IMG/VR virus record: IMGVR_UViG_3300025879_000002 | Span: 1-39,703 of that record | Length of the DNA: 39,703 nucleotides | Direction: 5' to 3' (one strand) | Origin: a virus | Lineage: Duplodnaviria; Caudoviricetes | Shown here: positions 1 through 4,873 of the stretch, in pieces | Layout: each line of letters starts with the position of its first letter | Position numbering within the stretch: position 1 is the first letter of the stretch | Notes under the pieces: model-generated | What the model saw: only the letters and a program-made list of their open reading frames with translations | Database searches by the model: none | Told to the model about the DNA's origin: nothing | Translations under genes and position numbers: made by a program

Positions 1-127
1 GAATTATATTTCTTGGTACACCACAAACTGAGATGTCATTATACAATGATTTAGAAGAACGTGGTTATAAGACTAAGATATGGACAGCTTTATATCCAAC
101 TAAAGAGCAACTTACAGGCTATGGACA
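1..127. repeat. Terminal overlap identical to 39577-39703 (assembly circularity overlap)
   Basis: The first 127 nt (gaattatatttcttgg...ggctatggaca) recur exactly at the window end, inside the terminase ORF. 127 is a common assembler k-mer size. Confidence 0.95.
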
Positions 128-1097
128 TAAGATAGCACCTATGATTGCTGAAGTTACAGACAAAATAGGTAAACCTACAGACCCTAAAAGGTTTGATGAG
201 GTGGACTTATTAGAACGTATGTCATCTTATGGCCGTTCTGGGTTTAACTTACAGTTCATGTTGGATACAACTATGTCTGATGCTAACAGATACCCGCTTA
301 AGTTGAATGACTTAATCGTATTATCTGGTAGTTCTACATGGAAAGAAGCTCCAGCTAAAGTACAATGGGCATCAGGAGTAGAACAAATTAAGGCTTTAGA
401 CCCTGAAATACCTAACGTAGGGCTTAAAGGAGACTACTATGTGGCTCCTATGTACACAAGCCCTGAGTTTACGCAATTTGAGGGCTCTGTGATGTCTATA
501 GACCCCTCTGGAAGAGGAGAAGACAAGACAGCATATTGCGTATTAAAGATGTTACACGGTGTGTTATACCTGACTGCTATTGGAGCATTAGATGGTGGTT
601 ACTCAGAGGATACTATGGCTAGATTAGCTAACATTGCTAAGAAACAAGATGTTAACTATGTGGTTATTGAGAGTAACTTTGGTGATGGTATGGCTACACA
701 GTTATTAAAACCTATTATGGCACAGGTACACCCATGTGAAATAGAAGAAGTTAGACATAATATACAGAAAGAAAAGCGTATTATTGATACTTTGGAACCC
801 ATTATAAATGGACATAGGTTAGTTGTTGATGATTTACTTATTAAAGAAGACTTTAAATTAGAGCCTGACCACCAGTTATTTAGACAAATGACTAGGATAA
901 CTAGGGATAAAGGTGCTTTAAGGCATGATGACCAGATAGATGCGCTAGCAATAGCTGCTAACTACTGGGTAGAACGTATGGATAGAGACCAAATTATGTC
1001 TTATAATCAACATAAAGAGGACTTATTAAACGAAGAACTAGACAAATTTATGGAGTCTGCTATTGGTAGAGCTCTGAGAGAGGACAGATGGATATAG
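1..1097 (+). CDS. terL: Terminase large subunit, C-terminal (nuclease) part, continuing from 39033
   Basis: RNase H-like motifs SIDPSGRGED and HDDQIDA. In frame with the 39033 ORF through the 127-nt overlap. T7 gp19-like. Confidence 0.95.
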   Translation, partial: IIFLGTPQTEMSLYNDLEERGYKTKIWTALYPTKEQLTGYGHKIAPMIAEVTDKIGKPTDPKRFDEVDLLERMSSYGRSGFNLQFMLDTTMSDANRYPLKLNDLIVLSGSSTWKEAPAKVQWASGVEQIKALDPEIPNVGLKGDYYVAPMYTSPEFTQFEGSVMSIDPSGRGEDKTAYCVLKMLHGVLYLTAIGALDGGYSEDTMARLANIAKKQDVNYVVIESNFGDGMATQLLKPIMAQVHPCEIEEVRHNIQKEKRIIDTLEPIINGHRLVVDDLLIKEDFKLEPDHQLFRQMTRITRDKGALRHDDQIDALAIAANYWVERMDRDQIMSYNQHKEDLLNEELDKFMESAIGRALREDRWI

Positions 1098-1705
1098 TAA
1101 ATAACTTATCAGAGGCAGATGTTAATGCTTTAAAAGAAAATGAAGCACCAAAACAACTTAAAACTCCTCAAGTAGATATTAACTTTGTTAGTGAACAAGA
1201 GGGAAATAAACATAAAGGTTATGTCCCATCACAAAACAGTGGTGTTACTATAGGCATGGGTTTTGATTTAAAAGACAAGGATGAAGATACCTTAAGACGT
1301 ATGGGTATTGAAGAGAAGACAATAATCAAATTAAAACCGTTTCTAGGGCTCTCAGGAGACGCTGCAAAGGCAATTGCAGGTAATCTGATGATAACAGACC
1401 CTGATGAGTTAAATAGCTTAAATCAGGCTTCTAAAGCCTTTTACATAGCTGACATTGCCAAACAATACAACAAGGCATCTGGTGCTAAGTTTGTAGATTT
1501 AGACCCTGTACAGCAAACTGTGTTGTTTTCTGTTGGTTATCAGTATGGTTCCCTTAGTAGAACACCTAAGTTTCTTAAAGCAGCTGCCGAAAATAGATGG
1601 CAAGATGTACACAAAGAGCTAATGAACTTCGGAGATGACTTTAAAAGTAGAAGACAAAGAGAAGCAAGGTATTTACACCAGTATTTACTAAAGTCAAAAT
1701 ATTAG
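1088..1705 (+). CDS. Pesticin C-terminal-like (T4-lysozyme fold) muramidase, putative endolysin
   Basis: EG-x5-YVP-x3-SGVTIGMGFDL signature, VGYQYG, C-terminal RRxxEA helix. Confidence 0.75.
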   Translation: MDIVNNLSEADVNALKENEAPKQLKTPQVDINFVSEQEGNKHKGYVPSQNSGVTIGMGFDLKDKDEDTLRRMGIEEKTIIKLKPFLGLSGDAAKAIAGNLMITDPDELNSLNQASKAFYIADIAKQYNKASGAKFVDLDPVQQTVLFSVGYQYGSLSRTPKFLKAAAENRWQDVHKELMNFGDDFKSRRQREARYLHQYLLKSKY

Positions 1706-1898
1706 ATAGAAAAATCTGAGACCATTACCACTATAGCGGGCGTCGGATTTTCCCCATAGGGGTACCGCTGGCAACACCATAGAGGACACAAAGTTAACAA
1801 AGTGAAGAGAAAAAAAAAGGTATATACACAAAGTATAACCGCAGGCACCCTTAAATATATCCTATGCGTGTTTGTGCTCGCCTGTTTTTTTACTTTAG
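1706..1898. other. Non-coding region probably containing the physical genome end / direct terminal repeat
   Basis: Locally GC-richer non-coding stretch between the last late gene and the short-repeat array, which is the position of the terminal repeat in T7-like concatemers. Boundaries cannot be determined. Confidence 0.5.
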
Positions 1899-1991
1899 GC
1901 CTAACGCATAGCCTACACATAGCCTACACACAGCCTAACACCTAGCCTACGCATAGCCTACACCTAGCCTACACACAGCCTAACACCTAGC
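1899..1991 (+). repeat. Tandem array of eight 11-12 bp units beginning GCCTA
   Basis: gcctaacgcata/gcctacacata/gcctacacaca/gcctaacaccta/gcctacgcata/gcctacaccta/gcctacacaca/gcctaacaccta. Analogous in position to the T7 short repeats beside the terminal repeat. Confidence 0.9.
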
Positions 1992-2052
1992 ATCCCTTAA
2001 GTTATCACCTGTTTACACAGGTCACAATTAAGCCATAATACAACCTATGCAC

Positions 2053-2070
2053 TAAAGTTCCCATATTAGT
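2053..2070 (+). promoter_or_regulatory. Phage RNAP promoter-like site (phiOL-like)
   Basis: TAAAGTTCCCATATTAGT, 15/18 match to the 4815 copy, followed by an AT-rich tract. Confidence 0.65.
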
Positions 2071-2195
2071 ATAAACAGGCTTCAACTATGTGTATATAGT
2101 AATAAGCTTACTACCTAAGTTATACTTACTTAATACTTATTACCTAGTCTTATACTCAGTGTTAAACTCAATGATTAACTAAAAGGTAATACTCA

Positions 2196-2306
2196 ATGAA
2201 TAAACTATGGATTATACTAGAGTTATTAATAGGTGTTAATATACTCTTAGTACTACTTATCATTGTATCTATTATAAGTAGATACTTAGGATTTATAACA
2301 GGTTAA
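2196..2306 (+). CDS. Possible 36-aa hydrophobic peptide
   Basis: MNKLWIILELLIGVNILLVLLIIVSIISRYLGFITG with AAAGGT upstream. Could be chance in AT-rich DNA. Confidence 0.3.
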   Translation: MNKLWIILELLIGVNILLVLLIIVSIISRYLGFITG

Positions 2307-2335
2307 ATAAAGACAAATAAGAAATAATACAGTTA

Positions 2336-2364
2336 TTTCATACACTTAGATAAAAAGTTATGAT
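2336..2364 (+). promoter_or_regulatory. Candidate host sigma70 early promoter
   Basis: TTTCAT-17 nt-TATGAT with an A-rich upstream tract, ahead of the first clear early gene. Weak evidence in AT-rich sequence. Confidence 0.35.
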
Positions 2365-2438
2365 ATGACTGTTTTTTTCTATTGTAAACTTTTTTAATTT
2401 ATGCGATAAGAAAATAACAAACAAATATAGGAGTAAAT

Positions 2439-2693
2439 ATGTCAAAACTAACAGAATATAGTTTATACACTTTTAAAAAAGCTAAACTTGTATGGACTGA
2501 GACTGAAAGCTTAGAGCAAGCAATATATAATTTTAAAAACAGGGTTAATTTAGACCATAATGGTAACTATCATTCTAATATGGAATATGTTTTTAATCCT
2601 ATTAATATTATTGCTAAAAAAGTTAATGATAAAGAAATAGTTTTAAAGCAAGATTTAGAAGCTATAACAAAACAATTAATGAAAGAGGAGTAA
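2439..2693 (+). CDS. Early hypothetical protein (84 aa)
   Basis: AGGAG RBS and A/C-rich leader. Confidence 0.75.
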   Translation: MSKLTEYSLYTFKKAKLVWTETESLEQAIYNFKNRVNLDHNGNYHSNMEYVFNPINIIAKKVNDKEIVLKQDLEAITKQLMKEE

Positions 2694-2695
2694 CA

Positions 2696-2794
2696 ATGAC
2701 TACATTTATAGGCATAACCATACTGATAGTTATGAATGTCGCAGGCTATTTAGTATTAACTAAAGTAGATAGGAAGTTTAATAAAAATGATTGA
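2696..2794 (+). CDS. Small single-TM protein (32 aa), not in ORF track
   Basis: GAGGAG RBS. MTTFIGITILIVMNVAGYLVLTKVDRKFNKND overlaps the next start. Confidence 0.65.
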   Translation: MTTFIGITILIVMNVAGYLVLTKVDRKFNKND

Positions 2795-3104
2795 ATGTAA
2801 ATTAATCTTACCTGTTAAAAACAATGAGGGTACAGACTTGCTGAATACTCATAGAGACTTAAAAAACCTACTTGTTAAGAACTATGGCGGCTGTACCATC
2901 TCAAACGCTGTAGGCTGCTGGGAAGATAAACAGAGCGGTCAAGTGTTTGATGAGGCTGTTATTATCTACCATGTAGCAATGACTAATAGTCTTATTGAGA
3001 AAGCGCAGTTTAAAAGCTTTGCGATTGAGTATGGCAAAAAGGCTGGTCAATTAGCTGTTTACTATTGTATTAATGGAAAGCCTTTTATTCAAGAGATAGA
3101 CTAA
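2787..3104 (+). CDS. Early protein with PII/DUF3574-like pattern, candidate SAM lyase (T3 gp0.3-like)
   Basis: YGGCT..AVGCWED...DE..IIYHV...AGQLAVY resembles the T3 SAMase pattern (GCYRE..EE..VRV..EQDCVL). Early position. The CDS is likely, the function tentative. Confidence 0.45.
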   Translation: MIECKLILPVKNNEGTDLLNTHRDLKNLLVKNYGGCTISNAVGCWEDKQSGQVFDEAVIIYHVAMTNSLIEKAQFKSFAIEYGKKAGQLAVYYCINGKPFIQEID

Positions 3105-3259
3105 TGGGTATTTACTACGATAGGAAACAAAGCTGGCAAGCTGAGATGTTAAAAAGAACTCAAAGACAGCGCAGGATGGCCAGCCAAAGGAAGCTTAAAG
3201 AGGAAGAGAAAGTCTGGCTTGAGAATATGAAAAAAAGAGGCGGATGCTTCCCGCAATAA
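3104..3259 (+). CDS. Small basic early protein (51 aa), not in ORF track
   Basis: TAATG coupling to the previous gene. MGIYYDRKQSWQAEMLKRTQRQRRMASQRKLKEEEKVWLENMKKRGGCFPQ. Its stop abuts hammerhead 1. Confidence 0.7.
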   Translation: MGIYYDRKQSWQAEMLKRTQRQRRMASQRKLKEEEKVWLENMKKRGGCFPQ

Positions 3260-3325
3260 GTGACACTGAAGAGACTTCAATAGTCGAAACAAGGGCGACA
3301 TATTTTTGCCGCCTTTGTATGTCAC
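3260..3325 (+). ncRNA. Type I hammerhead ribozyme HH1 (predicted cleavage after A3319)
   Basis: Stem I GUGACA/UGUCAC, core CUGAAGA, stem II GACU-UCAAU-AGUC, GAAA, stem III CAAGGGCGACA/UGCCGCCUUUG (one mismatch), GUA cleavage triplet. Confidence 0.92.
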
Positions 3326-3361
3326 ACAATGACAAACAAACTATTAACAAACGGAGCAAAC

Positions 3362-3784
3362 ATGAATAGACAAAACAAACAAACACCAAGACTACAAGTG
3401 ACGGATGAGCCTGTGAAGGTTTGGAAGTATGCCAGAGGCAATAACAACCAAGCCATTTACGTTGATTATATGAATGTAACTTTTTACATGTCTTATAATA
3501 CTTGTGTCGCTTTTAGCAGCATATTGACTGGCCTTGTAGTTCAGCAAAATAGCTGGGGGACGACTACAGGCGCCCATTTAAATGCTATTGATGGCGGTGA
3601 CCATTCAAACAGGGTTACAGCTAAAGAATTTGAAGCTAAATTAGCAGAGATGGAGCAAAATCAACGCAGGTCAACTATTGCAGTCTATGAAGTTCTAAAA
3701 GAGAAAAAAGAGAAGGAATTTAGAGATTATAGACTTGCAGAGCGTAACAGGCTTAATGCTGGTTACACAAAGGCGGGTCACTAA
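3362..3784 (+). CDS. Early hypothetical protein (140 aa)
   Basis: GGAG RBS favours the ATG at 3362 over 3329. Contains an SYxTxVA...WGTTTxxH pattern common in phage hypotheticals. Confidence 0.8.
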   Translation: MNRQNKQTPRLQVTDEPVKVWKYARGNNNQAIYVDYMNVTFYMSYNTCVAFSSILTGLVVQQNSWGTTTGAHLNAIDGGDHSNRVTAKEFEAKLAEMEQNQRRSTIAVYEVLKEKKEKEFRDYRLAERNRLNAGYTKAGH

Positions 3785-3957
3785 TGACAAACTTTGAGGC
3801 TGTAGGTATTTGTGAAGGTTTTATTGAGTGTGAAGACCAAGACAAACAGATAAAGGCATGGCAACATTTAATTGATACTGGCATGGCTTGGAGCCTTCAA
3901 GGATGGTTTGGGCGCACTGCTTCAGATTTAATTGAGCAGGGTATCTGTAAAAAGTAA
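3784..3957 (+). CDS. Small early protein (57 aa), not in ORF track
   Basis: TAATG coupling. MTNFEAVGICEGFIECEDQDKQIKAWQHLIDTGMAWSLQGWFGRTASDLIEQGICKK, with an LQGWxGR pattern common in phage proteins. Its stop lies inside HH2 stem I. Confidence 0.85.
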   Translation: MTNFEAVGICEGFIECEDQDKQIKAWQHLIDTGMAWSLQGWFGRTASDLIEQGICKK

Positions 3958-4012
3958 CACTGAAGAGGCCTAATGGCCGAAACTGGCAGCCTCAGGGCTG
4001 CTAGTCTGTTAC
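3954..4012 (+). ncRNA. Type I hammerhead ribozyme HH2 (predicted cleavage after C4006)
   Basis: Stem I GUAACA/UGUUAC, CUGAAGA, stem II GGCC-UAAU-GGCC, GAAA, stem III CUGGCAGCC-UCAG-GGCUGCUAG, GUC triplet. Confidence 0.95.
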
Positions 4013-4050
4013 AATAAATGTAACCTAACAAACAAACAATAGGAGTAACT

Positions 4051-4197
4051 ATGATATGTTATGACTGTGAAAGCATGGAAGGAACCCTGCTTAAAGAGGC
4101 TCAGGAAGAGCCAGAGAAAAACTACAGCTATGCAGACTTGATGAGAATGACGGAAGTTTGCGCTAGCTGCGGTTCTGAAAATATAAAAACAAACTAA
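4051..4197 (+). CDS. Small zinc-ribbon-like protein (48 aa), not in ORF track
   Basis: AGGAG RBS. MICYDCESMEG...EVCASCGSENIKTN has two CxxC pairs. Confidence 0.8.
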   Translation: MICYDCESMEGTLLKEAQEEPEKNYSYADLMRMTEVCASCGSENIKTN

Positions 4198-4207
4198 AGG
4201 AGTAAAT

Positions 4208-4420
4208 ATGTACTTAGACAACGTTAAAATAAAAGTTATAGGCAATGACTATGACAAAAATAATAAGCCTTTTAAGATTGATACACACAATTTTAATTTT
4301 AATGATGGCATACAGGCTAAAGACTTATCTAGGTTTTTAGAAGATATGCAGGACTCATTGACTTACAAAGTGAACGGCAAAGTCTCAGTTAATATTGAGA
4401 TTGACGCAACGGAAGAGTAG
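4208..4420 (+). CDS. Early hypothetical protein (70 aa)
   Basis: AAGGAG RBS. The TAG stop overlaps the first base of HH3. Confidence 0.8.
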   Translation: MYLDNVKIKVIGNDYDKNNKPFKIDTHNFNFNDGIQAKDLSRFLEDMQDSLTYKVNGKVSVNIEIDATEE

Positions 4421-4481
4421 TAACACTGAAGAGCCTTCAATAGGCGAAACTAGGCGGGCTATTGTCTGCCTAGTCTGTTAC
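4420..4481 (+). ncRNA. Type I hammerhead ribozyme HH3 (predicted cleavage after C4475)
   Basis: Stem I GUAACA/UGUUAC, CUGAAGA, stem II GCCU-UCAAU-AGGC, GAAA, stem III CUAGGCGGGC-UAUU-GUCUGCCUAG, GUC triplet. Confidence 0.95.
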
Positions 4482-4504
4482 ATTAACAAAGGAGCGTTGC
4501 TATT

Positions 4505-4603
4505 ATGATTGATTTATTTGTATCAATTCCATACGAATATAAAATAATAATACTTTCTGGTATTGTGTTTTATTTATATTTATGTATAACCAAACAAAAC
4601 TAA
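4505..4603 (+). CDS. Small single-TM protein (32 aa), not in ORF track
   Basis: AAGGAG RBS. MIDLFVSIPYEYKIIILSGIVFYLYLCITKQN. Confidence 0.6.
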   Translation: MIDLFVSIPYEYKIIILSGIVFYLYLCITKQN

Positions 4604-4622
4604 CAACAAAGGAGCGTAGTCA

Positions 4623-4817
4623 ATGACATGGAAAAAGAAATATGAGATTATTAGATTTTTACAAAAAACTTTTAGTCTTGAACAATATGACAATTTAACT
4701 GCCAATCAAGTCGCACACAGAGCTGTGATTTTGCTTGAACGTGTAATTGAAGGTAAAGATACACCCATAGTTAATCTTGAAAAAGAAATTATGGTGTCTG
4801 TACGTGAACCAGACTAA
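4623..4817 (+). CDS. Early hypothetical protein (64 aa)
   Basis: AAGGAG RBS. Its stop is the first TAA of the promoter motif. Confidence 0.75.
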   Translation: MTWKKKYEIIRFLQKTFSLEQYDNLTANQVAHRAVILLERVIEGKDTPIVNLEKEIMVSVREPD

Positions 4818-4832
4818 AGTACCCATAGTAGA
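4815..4832 (+). promoter_or_regulatory. Phage RNAP promoter candidate upstream of the RNAP gene
   Basis: TAAAGTACCCATAGTAGA, 17/18 identical to the 7327 copy. Confidence 0.75.
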
Positions 4833-4873
4833 TACTAAAAACATTAACCCAACTTATTATAAAGGAGTTAACA

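Noticed and set aside
1-127. 127-nt end repeat as the biological direct terminal repeat
   Set aside because: It lies inside terL and matches a common assembler k-mer length, so it is a circular-assembly artefact.
1401-1425. CTGATGA in the muramidase gene (also near 11345 and 22233) as further hammerheads
   Set aside because: No stem II followed by GAAA, and no stems I or III.
1899-1991. CRISPR or mini-array
   Set aside because: Units are contiguous 11-12-mers with no spacers, and there are no cas genes.
3329-3361. ATG 3329 as start of the 151-aa ORF
   Set aside because: No RBS, and it sits 9 nt after the HH1 cut. ATG 3362 has GGAG.
3260-4481. ACACTGAAGAG repeats as promoters, terminators or RNase III sites
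   Set aside because: There are no U-tracts or long duplexes. The complete hammerhead core with three covarying stems explains them.
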